The notes: generated from the sequence alone by a model not told the origin. A stretch of 64,000 nt of DNA from Ramazzottius varieornatus (GCA_001949185.1 BDGG01000001.1:3895624-3959623), one strand, 5' to 3'; positions 1 to 13,200 are shown, numbered from the stretch's first letter. Numbers and translations are program-made.

Positions 1-1062
1 TTGAGTACTTTCTGTTCTGCTTCGCCCACTGAATCCGGTTATCTCAATGGCCCATACGCTACGTTCCAGACACTGTTATTATATTCCGGTAGACCAAAAC
101 TCTGACTTTACGACCTATTCTTTTAGAGTCAAAGGGTTATCTCTTCTAGGAAACTGTGTTTCGGAGTATACGTTTGACTTCAACTCTCAAACGCTGGTTT
201 CCCAAACATCGCCTCAGCTAATCACTTCCTACTTTCCGTCGCCTGGTGGTTCCTCCGTACCAATGCCAGTAACTCTATCCTACTTTACCGTCGACCCATT
301 GTCAACCCAGTTCACTCTGCATGCCACAAACCAGGTAAAATTCAGTACTGGTAAAATTTACAACACCGCTGGAAGGGGTTATGCACACTTTAGTGGACAA
401 TAAACTCCGCTTGGTTCTATAGGCCTTGTCTCAGGATCTCGCCTGTATACCGGACGCCGCCTTGTCGACCATGTCCGCTTCTTGTCCAAGTGGTGCCACC
501 ACAAGTACTGTCGCCGCCGCCTACACCAGTGCTACATCGCAACTCAATACCGGAGATGGATTTATGTATCAGTACGCAGTCGACGGTAAGCCTGATGTAA
601 ATCATCGGACAGAACCTCGTTGTACCCAATCCCATTAGGTTTGAATTATTTATTACATTCGATAATCACCATCTTCCAGCATCGCAAACTGAGGTCGTGC
701 TTACTAACGAAGACTTCACCACTACCTACCAGACCACCAGCGGATTTCTGTCAGGACAAAGCCTCATCGCTAAGATAACAGCAATTCAGATTATGCAAGA
801 CCAAATTAATGGGAACCCAACCGTCTTGGCCGTGTTTGGATTGGGAAGTGATGGTATTACTCCGTACGTTGGCTACGTCACCGGCATGCCGCTGCTGGCT
901 TACCCAACTACTCCCTTGACCGGGTTCGCGGTAGGTGGTGAAACAGCCGCTTTTTGAGCTTCACGAGAAAAGTATCACAAAAGTAAGGATCTTTCTAACT
1001 TACGTACATTTCAGTGGACGACACCTCAGCCACTCCGGCAAGCTCTGGTCGGATGCCCGTAG
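1..1062 (+). CDS. 3' part of a multi-exon gene encoding a hemopexin-like domain; paralog of the C-terminal domain of the gene at 1619-4727 (5' end outside the window)
   Basis: Spliced by eye: LSTFCSASPTESGYLNGPYATFQTLLLYS|GNCVSEYTFDF...HATNQ|ALSQDLAC...YQYAVD|SQTEVVL...TGFA|WTTPQPLRQALVGCP* (TAG 1060-1062). The introns are GT-AG and lie at the same positions as in the downstream paralog. Confidence 0.72.
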
Positions 1063-1618
1063 TATGATGGCGAACTGTCCATTAGGGACGCATTCGATCA
1101 ATATCCGTCTATTCACTTTACGCTCGTCCTAGCCATTTTTGTTCAGCTGTGAAGCGGGATAGTTCGGTTTCTTTGTCGTTCCTGCACTTTGGTCAGCCAG
1201 AATATGGGACGGGGTTTCCAGTCTGACTTCTTGCGAATTTTGAATGATTAGAAACTCAGGGCCCTTGCCGTGTATGCAATAATTGATTAATTAAGTCATG
1301 CGAATTTCTATCGTCTTGTGGATCAGACTTTCAAAACTGAACTTGAAATTTACTCCAAATTTCATCGCTGTCAGCAAGTGTGATGTGCCATCCGGAGAAA
1401 CCGCATAAGCAGATTCGGGCTCTTAGAAGCTCCTGACGTTAACTTGACGATGCTACTGTTGAGACGTGTGAGCCCCGGTACCCTAGATTTTGTTGTCCAC
1501 CGGTCCAACGCACTAATATTCCATTTCGTTCCCTCGACATGTAAGTCTTAGCTCTTGGGGTTTTCTTCCCGGGATTGTTTTATATTGAATCCACCGTTTC
1601 TGCACAAATCTGGGTGTT

Positions 1619-4600
1619 ATGGGCATCTCGTTTCGATCTGGCGCGTTTTTCCTCCTCGTGGTGACTGGCAGTCTGAATTCAACCCGTCTTGCCGAAGGTA
1701 CGTGGACCTGTTTTAACGCTGAATTAGCGGGAGGGCATTCTGGAGTCTCGGCTTTACTTGTTTTCTTATATCCCATTCGTTTGGGTCACCGACAGGTCGG
1801 AAGAATCATCATCGTACAATCAACTCGGACCCCACTTTCTCTCGATGGCCAAACCGTACCAGCATTCCGTACTATCTGGACTTGAACTACAGTAAGTTTA
1901 TTTGAATCTTTCTAGGCTGGTTACTATACTGTAGTCTATCCCGTACCTGCGCACGTTTTTCGCAGCATCCGCGGAGGTAACATTAATTCGAAAGGGACTG
2001 GCCAAGTTTCAAGCCGATATGCAAGGATGTCTGACGTTTGTGGAGGTCCCTGCTGGCGACCCTCGTTTCAAGATCCACGTCACTCCATTCAATGACACTG
2101 GGTAAAAATTTGTGTGTATTGGCAAAAGTGGATCGCTGCTCTGTCATTCAGCTAAAAGGGTATATGCTTCTAGGGATTTTCAGAGCTTTTGCTATACGTA
2201 TCAAGGCCAGACCAACCCTCTCGTGAACAACGGTGCCACCGAACAAAGACTGATCATCACCCGTGGCAGATACGGTTGTCTAGACGGTTCCTTGAGAAGT
2301 ATCATGAAGTACTGGGCGATTGTGGTAGGAAAAAGAAATGAGCACCAACGAGGTACTTCTGGTTTGACGCGGGCAACATACAGTAAGAATGTGGAGTGTT
2401 CGCACTTTATATGGTCTCTTTACGCAGGTGATCGAGAAAAGTGCATCAGGGTCCATCAAGAAAATGTCGTTATCAAGGCTGGTATAGACATCGATAGCTC
2501 GGTCCATTTTATTGCAGGATGACAATTTTCTATTTCACAGCACTCTTATCGCCTATACAATACTAGCGAAGCCAACTGGGCTCTCCGTCCATACGACTTT
2601 TGTTCCATCACCCATAATGAGCCATCGGACTACGCCGCGGAGGGGACAGTCGCTTTCGACATCCTGACTGATCCCAAGGCTGTATCACGTTCCGCCCAAA
2701 TCAGCCTGTACGATTGCCAACTTATCAGCATCATGTACAATTGCCCTACAACACGTTGCCAAACCCGTAAGCTCCTTCTCAAAACCTTCCGAAGAAAGGC
2801 ACTGTCGCAATTTCCGTTGTTTCCTAGTCGATTGCGCGGCAGCGAGAGCGGCGGCTCTGTTGACAACCACGCCCATACCGGCCCTTGGATCCATCACATC
2901 AAGCAGTACACTTTCTTCGGGCACCTTCGCCGGACTAACGACCCAAAGCTCAGCTTCAACTATTGCCCACAGGCTTCCTCATCCACAACCATCATCGATA
3001 TCACGTCTACGAGTCCAACCACAGAACTCATTACCACTACCACCACCAGGTCAGCCAACACGGAAGCGCTATTGATTACTATTCTCCTGTAACTTAACCC
3101 GAACTTTCCAGCCCAACAACTCCAACGACTACCGCTGTGCCAACTACTACTCGTACTACCACTACATCTCCCACGACCACTACCTCGTAAACCTTTTTGC
3201 GATATTATTAATGCGGTTGCATGGGGAAATGTAAGCCCAATTTTGCCTTTCTTTGATTTCACTGCTCAACCTCTACCACAACGACCACGACCACAAGTAC
3301 CACGACTACCACTACTCCTACCACCAGTAGCACAAGCGTGGCACCGACTACTACTACTACTGTCCCGACAACCACTACGGTGCCCACTACCACTACCACC
3401 CCAACTACCACCAGTACCTCCACCACGGTTTCGCCTACCACCACCATCCTCACCACGACCACTGACCCCCCTTCTACCACCACGAGCTGCATGGCAAGCA
3501 CCACCGTAAGCCCGGCAGCAATATCCTGCACTCCGGATTTATTCTGCAACGTTGCTGCTGATGAGTCGAGCTACATGTTGGGTCCCTTACAAATGTACCA
3601 GACGTATCTGTTATTTTCTGGTATGTCCAGTGGATTAAAATTTTTATTTTCGTGCGAAAGTCTTTTACTGAAATATTAGTACGATCTTATGGATGTTGAT
3701 ATAGGTCCGTGTGTATTGGAGTACGCTATGGACTACGCGGCAGGAAACCTCGCCCCACAAACGGCGCCTCAGCTTTTGAACACCTACTTGCAGGGAGTCG
3801 GAGGACCCGCTGTAACCACACCTGTCGATCTTGTTAGTATGGCTTTTGATCCTCTAACATATTATTCCTCCATGTCGTTGACGCTCATCAACAAGGTACC
3901 TTGCATGTTTTTTCTCTCAGTTTACTTGTGCTTCGTTGTCATTTTCGTTCGTTCTAAATGGAAAACATTGGCAGGCTACTTCGACTGAGCTGACCTGCAG
4001 TACGGATGGAACGAAGACCACTAATGCGGTAACATGCCCAAGCATGCCGGCAAGTGCTTCGCTTATCACAACAGCAACAAGCAGTTCCCCCCAGATTTGT
4101 ATTGATGATGGTATCATCTACAACTACATTGTCGACGGTAAATATCTCGAACAAATACTAGGTGAAACTTCAGAGTTTAATTGGGACGTGGGTAAATGAA
4201 CCGAGGCAGACCGTTATCTCAGATGGCGCACATTTTCATTCTTATTGGCCGAGAGTAGGCGCCACTTGGCAAAATGATCCGGTTCAAATGACTTGCCCAC
4301 GGGCTATTTGAGCGTTCTTTCTCTTGCAGCCTCGCAAACCGAAATAGCACTGGTGGACCCCACTTTCGGAACTACGTATCAGACGTCTACAGGTTTCCTG
4401 AACGGTCAAGCACAGATCACGAAAATCACCGCTATCCAAATCATTGAAGACCCAAGTTACGCTAATCCAAAATTACTGGCCGTGTTCGGAGCCGGACCTG
4501 GCTGCCTACCTTACGTTGGTTTCGTTAGCATGGACCTTAGCGCCAGTCCGAGCGTTCCTCTCGTTAACTTCAAGGTTCGTGCTTTGGTAACGCGTACCGA

Positions 4601-4727
4601 AAAAGTCGTTCCTTTATTTGACACCTTATTTCTGTAATTTCCTCAACGACGATTTCTGTCTTACTTTTAATGGACCACACCAAAGCCAATGAACCAAGGC
4701 TTGACTGGATGTTCGCCTTCTGGATGA
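1619..4727 (+). CDS. Secreted astacin-like (M12A) pseudo-metalloprotease with Thr-rich stalk and hemopexin-like C-terminal domain
   Basis: Hydrophobic N-terminus MGISFRSGAFFLLVVTG. Astacin hallmarks after splicing: RWPNRTSIPYYLD, GCLTFVE, CYTYQG, GC..., EHQRGDRE, PYDFCSITH, ISLYDCQLISIMYNC. The zinc motif is degenerate (KYWAIVVGKRN). A Thr-rich region spans ~2830-3500 and the C-terminal domain ends WTTPKPMNQGLTGCSPSG*. Confidence 0.75.
2830..3500 (+). repeat. Low-complexity ACN-codon region encoding a Thr/Ser/Pro mucin-like stalk
   Basis: Runs such as actactactact and accaccacc translate to TTTTTVPTTTTVPTTTTTPTTTSTST. Confidence 0.85.
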
Positions 4728-4946
4728 GTTTCCGAACAGAATATCAAGAATTTTTACAGTAGTAATTATCAACACGTCAAGCAACAGCAACAAAAACAGT
4801 GAACCACAGAAACGATCAAGAAAAGCGAAATATTGGTCAGGCAACAGTAAACTGCACAGAGTGTAGAGCTGTCGGAAAGCTTTTGAAGTACGGTACTCCG
4901 ATGAGATTTTCAGGTGGGAGTCGGTGACTGGTGGTAGATAGAAGTT

Positions 4947-6329
4947 TCAATCTTTGGCGAGAACATATGACGGTTCTGCCTCGAGGCACTGATTCTGGTA
5001 AAAATTTTCGCATTGTTCCGCCTGCGCGAGATCATCTGAGAGACAGCAGTCAACGGCTTGCGTCAACCGCTCTCCGGTTCTTCCGTGTCGGTCACGAACG
5101 CCGGATACAACGTAGCTGCAAAAAGCCAGGTCACGGTCAGCTTCAAAATATTGCCACGCTTCATCGTTCGGAAATCTTATAGACAAGCCAAAGCGTTCCA
5201 ATACCATTGATGGTACTGGTACGTATTACACTGCACAAAAATACTGTACCTTAGGAACTTTCCACCGCTTTTGGCGCTTGGTGTTCGCAGTTCATTATTC
5301 TGTTTAGCCATCCGACAAAATTCCCATTCGCTGCACTCCAGTGTAGAATTATACGAACGGAAGAAAGTGAACCAGTTTCGCTGATGGACAATGGCCAGTT
5401 CCTTCGCAGTCACGTCGATAGAATTCGCCCCGTCTTTTTCCCCCTCATCGCTCACCTGGTTCTTCACCTCTCGTCTACTACGCAGCATTCCGAACACCGT
5501 GTTGGGCGCCTCACTCGGGTTCTCCACCATAGTCTTGAACGTTTCCCGTTGTTTCTTCAGACTCTCTGATGTTCGAGCAATAGGCGAGCTGATGATATTA
5601 CCCAATCCCTTGAACATTTCCATGATCGTTATAAGGATGATATTCATGTTACTCGAAAGTCTGCCTTGAGTTGTCTGGGGTCCTTCCTTCTTGCCTTTCT
5701 TGATCATATCGCTCTTGGTCTGTCTCTTGCGCCGAGTTATACCAGGCGGAATGAACTTGTTGATGTCCATGTTGCGTCCCTTGATTTTTTGTCGTCGTTG
5801 GAATTCTTTCTCAAAGTCCGCTCGGGTGGGCTTGGTCATACGCGGGGCAGTACCAGTAGCGGTGCCCGTACCGGAAGTGCCGCTTGCTCCGTTGGATGGA
5901 GTGTCGGCCGAGCTCCTCATCTGGTCCAGAGCTTTGCTCATGGCGGCCGGCATTTTGGGGCCTCCCATCGATGTGGAGAACTTGTCGAGTAAGCCCGTAA
6001 AGCCGCTCATTAGGCCCGCGAACATGGAGGTACCTTGACCTCCAGAGAGGACAGAAGCGATACTCCCGAAGCTGTTTTCACGGGCCTGTCGGACATTGGG
6101 ATAGGAACTGGCCAAAGACGTAGGGTCTATCAGCGTTTCCGCCACCTGAAAGAAAAAAATTGAATTCAGTTATAAAATCTTCTGACTGTACAGAACCGTA
6201 AGCAGCACAATGAGTCGTCCAGGTTTAACGCTAAGTTAAAATTACCGAAGTAGCTCGGTCGGCGACGGCGCTCTGCTGGTCCACCGCCAGGGCGGATAAA
6301 CACAGGGATAGCACGATGATGATCCGCAT
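4947..6329 (-). CDS. Secreted protein of unknown function with a furin-type site and a Cys-containing C-terminal domain (possibly DM4/DM12-like)
   Basis: Three exons. Exon 1 is MRIIIVLSLCLSALAVDQQSAVADRATS (signal peptide, ATG at 6329). Exon 2 (~6145-5250) contains TRRKRQ and LECSEWEFCRMAK. Exon 3 ends AVDCCLSDDLAQAEQCENFYQNQCLEAEPSYVLAKD*. Confidence 0.7.
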
Positions 6330-7224
6330 TTTTCAAAACTCGGGCTTGACGGAAGCTATTGTAGTTACCGCGTATGAGACCTCTTTCTCAACTATTCTCG
6401 CATGTTGTTGAAGAGGCTGTGCGATGAGAGTCGCATCTTGAAGATTAATACCCTGTTGTTTAGCCGGAGGTAGTCGCATATATTTTTTGTAATACATTTT
6501 GTATGGAGAGCGTACTGCAGTTGTAGTGTACAGTACATGTCTACATTCTACGCCAGAAGCCGGCTGACAAGTTGATGTGACAAGCCACAAGATCGAAGTC
6601 AACCCAATTTATCGTGATTGACAACTAGAATCGTCCGGATGCTGGCCGATACATTTGATGTTCGAATACTGATATGACTAGTTGGGACTGCGGTTTTATC
6701 CCGATAGGGGTAATATCGGAAGTTATAGCCACCCAAATCTCACTAGCGGAAGAGCTGAATTCACAGAAGACCCGCATTAGCTTATCGACAGCGGCGGCGC
6801 AGCGTTACCGACTGGTACGGTAAGCGGTAACGCCCTCGTCTACGAATTAAGCTCCAGCGTTCTTCAAGACCAAGAGCTCTGTATGGCTCATCGACTGCGA
6901 ACGACGGTCATCCATACCATTGCATAATTGCGTATCAGCAAGGAACAAAAGTATCACAGACTTGTCGAAATGATTACTCGATGAACAACGAATTCACACA
7001 ATAACAGGTTCACCGGTTTGAGGGGCGTAAGATAAGCGATAAAGTTCACTCGTTCCATCCGCAAACACTCAGTACTCCTCACCTGCCCTAGACTGCGACT
7101 GCGGGTGGTTTGTTCACTTTTTTCCCCAAATATCCTGTCCTAGGACAAAGTCAGAGTCCGGCGTATCATCTTTGGCCGTAAAGTCAAAGCAGCACTTGCG
7201 TATTATCGCTTGCGCGCGGCTACC

Positions 7225-10200
7225 ATGGTCAAAGGAGGCCGGGATTGTACCATCCGGACTATCCCTAAATCACTATGTGCGCTCTTGCTGTTTCTTTCAC
7301 TTGAAAGCTTGGTGGTTGCCGAACTGGAATGCAATTTTACCTATGATTTTTGCGACTGGAAAGGAACGGTATCGGGTGGAAAATGGCGGATATCCACCGG
7401 GAAGGTCTTGAACCAAGGCCCTCCCAAGCGTAAGCCCAGCTTACGAGTGCTTTTGGAACAGTCAGAAGACAATTCGAGTCGATATTTACCTCTGAATTTT
7501 CAGGTGCTTCCGCCTTCGCATACGTCATGTCCGGCCACGACTCATGGGCGACCCTGGAGAGCAAAGAAATCTCAATACACAGGAAGCAGCCAAAAGTCTT
7601 CGCGTTCAACATCATACAGCAGCGCTACGAGCTGGGAAGAAGCACACTCGACCTTATATTGGTTCCGTCTAACGCAAGCCTGGAGCCCATCGTCCTACTA
7701 ACAAGGAAGGGTGTTAACCAATGGACTAAAACGCGCGTTAAGCTCAAAAAGAAGATTGCCCTACTAGGACCTTTCAAGGTATGACAACAACTACACCCAT
7801 CTACGTGCAATGGCATTCTGGTCAGAGTCTTCACGGTAATACTGTATGTTGGCCTACTTTGCAGTTAGTCTTCCGGTTCAAAGTGGGATTCCAGCAGCTG
7901 GCAGCCGTCACAAACTTCCAGTGGGAAGAATTGAAGCAATCGGACACTGGTCAGTTTTCGCCAACGCAGAGATAGTCCGATTCTTACAAGATGTAAGGTG
8001 TTCCGTTTCGCAGGAGAAGAAGTAGAAATAGTTGAGGAGAAAGACAAGGACGTCAACGTGCTGTCATGGTGTGTGATGGGTCCCGAAGAGCAAGAACCGG
8101 GGCGAACAAGTTTGCCGATATGCGACCGCGACACTTTCCACAGGCTGGACAATACCACTGTGAACTTTGACCAAACCTATGTTCCAGTAAACGGCATCAG
8201 CAGTCCCGATGGCGGACCGTTCTTGTACTCCAGTTCGGCAGGAGGGCTTACCGGAACGATATATACCAGGATAGAACTCACCGCCAACAGTGGGCGCATA
8301 GAGGTATCGGTAAACACAGCCTGATTAATTTCTATAATTTTTGTTAAACGTTTCTTCTTCCAGTTTTGGTATGCGACGACCGGCCCGGGTGTTCAGGGTT
8401 TGCAGTTCTACCGAACCTACCGGGGCCAATACCCGGTAAAGATTTACGAGCGAACTAACTTTAGCGACCCAACACCTTGGACAGAGGACGGCTTTTCCCT
8501 CAGTTCCAGTAGCGACATACCATATTTCCTCGCAGTCCACGTCATTTTCATTAATTCATCCGATGTATCGACGTTGGCGTTGGCCAGTGTGAATATCGTA
8601 GAAGAACTGGGTAATTATTTTTCTCCCTCACTGCTGTAATCTTAGAGCAAATCATGATGTCGGTACCTTGCTGTACGATAGGAACGACAACGGTCAGTCC
8701 AACGTCACCACCAGTTCCAGAAGTCTGCGCAGACCAGTATACCCGAGTCGAAGAGATGAGCTGCGACTTTGAAAACGGGATATGTCCCGGATGGGACCAT
8801 CCAGATGGTGTCTTCGGCTTCGCCGTACAAAGTGGTTCAGCGGGAAATACCAACAGCTCATTGTCCATTGACGGAGCGCAAAACGGTAACCCAAAAAATC
8901 CTGAACGAAAGAAAACGAGAACTAAACATCCCAAGCCGGTTTTAAATTTTGAAATTCTAACAATGCTGTCTTTCCATTCAGGGACCAATTATGTCGTGGC
9001 AGACTGCCCTGAACAAGGAGAGCCATTTCCGGGTCTGACCGAGAGCTTCCTCCGGTTACCTCGCGTGCAGCTTGGTCCCGGTGAGACTTTCTATGGGCGT
9101 ATCTCCTTCTGGTTCGTTTACTTCGACGTTCTGGGAGACGTCGACAGCTTCACCGTTGAACTGGAGGAGGAAGTGTACGATGATAATGGAGCAGTGCTAT
9201 GGCAGGCGGGACAGAGTCAGTCCGCCAGGTGGCGTTTCGCCGAGGTGAGGTTCACCATTACTAACGCCTCTCGAAGACTGGCCTTCAACGCGAAACACGA
9301 AATCTGCAACCCGAACGATTTCGTCGCGATTGATTCCATTGTCACCGAGCAAGGTAAAAGACCTAGGTTTTGAATTCAATCAGCTCGACAAGATTACGAT
9401 TCGGAGCTTGACAAACTCAATAAGATGGTTTCCCCAAGTGACGCACATCTACCGTGTTAATGAGTGGAAGCGTGCGCCACTAAGGAAAACAATCGTGGCG
9501 GGTTTGCCTAGGTCTCGAAAATTATTTCGGATATTCCGATATAGCTACCTCATTTGACTCCCGTTATCTCTTTCTCGTTTATAATTTGGGAACATTTTAA
9601 GAATTTGTACCGCTGAGCAGGTATTGAGGTACCATGTCCAGAGAGACCGCTCAGAGCAAACGTCAGCTGCAGTTTCGAAGACGGTGACTTCTGCTCGTGG
9701 GGTAACACTGCCACGCCTAACCGCTGGAAGATCGGCAGTGGAGAAGGCGGTGAAGGTCCCTATGCCATAAACGGAACCGCCGAAGGGAACGGTGAGAACT
9801 TTGCGTTTATCTCAAGCGACAACCTTCCATCAGCCAGCAACACCGCGCCACTGATCAGCGCGGAAATCGCCCCGGCCAACACCAACATCACCTTCTACTA
9901 CCGCATCTACGGCTACGGCGTAGTTTCACTCTCATTACTGGCCAGAGTTGAACATGAGAATTACGACACTCAAGTGTACCAGTTGTGGAACGTTGTCAGC
10001 TCCAGAAGAGAATGGCAGAAAGCAACAGTATCAATCTGCTTTGACGAATATTTTTGGGTACGTCAAGTTTTGCGACCTCATCGAGCCTTATTAAATTTTG
10101 GGTTTAATAGCTGGAATTCCACCCGAGATTTCTGGCGAGAGGCTTCGTGATTGGTGTGGACGAAATCGAATTCGAAGTAGACCAGACGGGCATCGAGCTA

Positions 10201-13200
10201 CCAACTAACAACTGTCCAGCGGTGGAGCCGGTCGTCACAGTCGAGCCCGTAACGAGCACCACACCGACGCCCACACTCGCTACAAATCCTGCCACGGGCA
10301 CCGGCACTTCCACCTGGACCAGCACTGCTCTCACTTCAACCATGGAATCCACAACTAGAGCCCCCATAACGCTGCGTAAGCTAGGACAAAGCAAATGGCT
10401 AGGACTACGGGTGAAAAAATTACAGAAGTTTTCCAATGGGTGTCTTTTGTAGCTCCTGTATGGTATGGTGACTTCGATTGTTCCTTCGAGCTCGGAGATC
10501 TCTGCGAATGGGAAAACGTGGTCTTCCTATCCGACAGAGCTACAGTGCCCTTTGAAGTAGAGGACTCTGCAGTCATCAACATCCCAGCCATTCAAGGTCG
10601 GCGGTTCGCAGTAGCCAGAATCAACAGCACTGCTCAGATCGGTGCTGCAGCCCGTCTGGTGAGCCCACACGTCGACTCGACAAACAGTACCGGAACCAAT
10701 ACCATCCAGTTCCAGGTACCTTAAGAGGATCGAAAGTTTTATTTCGTTAGTCCGTTAAAACTTTTGACGCTAGAGAAATTCTGCAGTTTTACTACCGGGC
10801 GAGTGGACGCGGAGCTTCCGGCGTTTCTGTCTACGCCTTAAACTCCAACGAGTTCCCCACTGGTTCTCCAGCCTGGTCCATAGGCATCGGTTCGCTCGAC
10901 CGCTGGAACCTAGCCAGCGTCAACCTAACATCCCCAGACACTGTACGACGACAGGTCATGTTAACCACACGGTTCTCATCTAATAGCTGGTTAGCTATCG
11001 ACGAGATTGAGCTCTATGATAGAGGTAAATTATTACGATGTGGACACTACCACCAGACCGAAGTATGCCAGAATTTTGGTTTTGCCTGTCAAAAATAATA
11101 AAAATTTGATACTGTGTACAGACCTGAACCCAAACGTAACTCTGCCTCCCCCACCTACCACACCTAGACCAGTTCCCATTGTGAGTGACTTGACGTGCGC
11201 ATTTGACAGCGGACTTTGTGAAGGGTGGAAAAATATCTATGCGGAGGATTTGATTTGGGTGGTCAATATTGGATCGTACCAAGGCGTCTATCCCTACTCA
11301 GGTATCCCACGGAATATTTCTAAGTTGTTTATTGCAGCTTCTTTCTGTTTTTGTCCCTATTTTTAAAGTTTTCAGTTTTCAAAAATTTAATGTATGTTTT
11401 GATAATGAATAAACTGGTTCATACCTCGTAGGTCGCGGCTTTGTTTACGTGGGTGAAGATCCCGACACCAGGCTGGATCGATCTCAGTCCGCCATCTTGA
11501 ACAGCGGAACTTGGGAATGGGAGAAAGAAGAGGTCAGTGCCACAGTGACATTCTGGTACATCCTGGCAGCGGGAGAGCTGCAATTAGTACATCGTTATAC
11601 CGATGGTTACGACATCGACAACTACACCGACATTAGAACTTCTATCTGGCGAAGAACTATTAGCGCTGCTCCCAACCACGACCCTCGTCGATGGCAAAGG
11701 GCCGAAGTGACATTCTGTGGAAATACTGGTGAACATAGCATGTTGTTCGTTGCGACTGCCGGGGCCCAGCTGCAGTTCGTCGCTTTGGATGAAGTCCTCA
11801 CCTACAGAAACGAAGGTAAATTCGTTCCATCACGACTTACAGTGCTATAGAAAATACCATGAAAACACCCTGGTCGCTTCTATCCAGGCTCGAATGCTTC
11901 TTGCTCAGCTATACCACCAAGGCCTTCGAATCGTAACCTCACCTGCTCGTTCGAAGAGGCCGATGGCTTGTGCGGATGGACCAACGAAGAAAATCTCGAG
12001 ATCAATTGGCGTCGCGTTCGAAGCACTGAAAGCCATCAAGGTACAGTCAAACATCATAAACCGAAAGCGGAAGCCTAACATACAGTCGATCACCTAAATA
12101 GGAAACTTCATGCTCGCATCAGAGCTGCGAACGACCTCTACCGATAAGTACTCCATCGCTCGATTGGTCAGCGATGTCCAACCCTTCCTGGACCTCAGCG
12201 GACCCTTGTACACTCCCCGTGCTACCATGTTGTCCTTCTACTATCGCCTACGAAGCAACGACAGTTACATCAAACTCAGCGTTGCATCAGGCGAAAGCGA
12301 GATCGACTTGTGGGTCCAACGAGACTCCTCCACCGCATGGCGACTGGCTCGTGTACCCATCTGTAACCTACCCGGTGCCCAACTGGTCATCTCCACCAAC
12401 GCCCGCGAAGTTTCCGTCGACACCATCCTCAGTTCGTCCGTCCCAAACCCCGACACCTTCGTCTGTCCATCGCCACCAGTCACATGCGACTTCGAGACCG
12501 GCTTCTGTGGATGGGAGAACGAAGGCCATGAGAACTTCCGGTTCAAACGTCTACCTGGAATTATCAACAATAACGGGACATCCAACGTCAGTGCTCAAGA
12601 TGGAGACTTCGCTGTGTACCTGTTGGGAAACGACCCTCACGATGACAATCACACGACATACCTGACTGTTCACGGTCTACGATTGTCCCAAGCTACCACC
12701 TTCTCCTTCTGGTACCGCATCGAAGGTTTCGGTATCGAATACTTCTCACTAGACAAAGAGCGTCCAAGCCACTTCCAACCCGGAACTGCCTTTGAGCGAA
12801 TCGACTTGTGGGACCTGACCAACATCACCACTTCCGTCTGGCAACCGGTCACAGTCACGCTTTGCGACCTGGAAGAATTCTCGCTATATTTCGAAGTACG
12901 CTTCACTGGCGAGAATGTTGTTCTAGCTATGGACAGTTTCGTGTTGGTAAACGAAGCGAGTCTGTCAGGACAGCTGCCACCGGATAATTACGTTTGCCCT
13001 GGAAAAACCCAGCAAACGATCACCTGCACATTCGAGAACGGTACCTGTGGTTGGTCGAATGAAGGCACGGGTCTCAACTGGGTGATTGTCAGTGGTGGAG
13101 ACCAGAACTTGACTGACCCGATCTACACCATACCGAATCGTCCTGGTATGAATGACTCGATGTTCCTAGCAGCCATTTCAGATGACCGTGAGGCTGGTGC

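Noticed and set aside
3259-3549. Val-rich minus-strand ORF that looks like a membrane protein
   Set aside because: It is the antisense shadow of Thr (ACN) codons in the mucin-like stalk.
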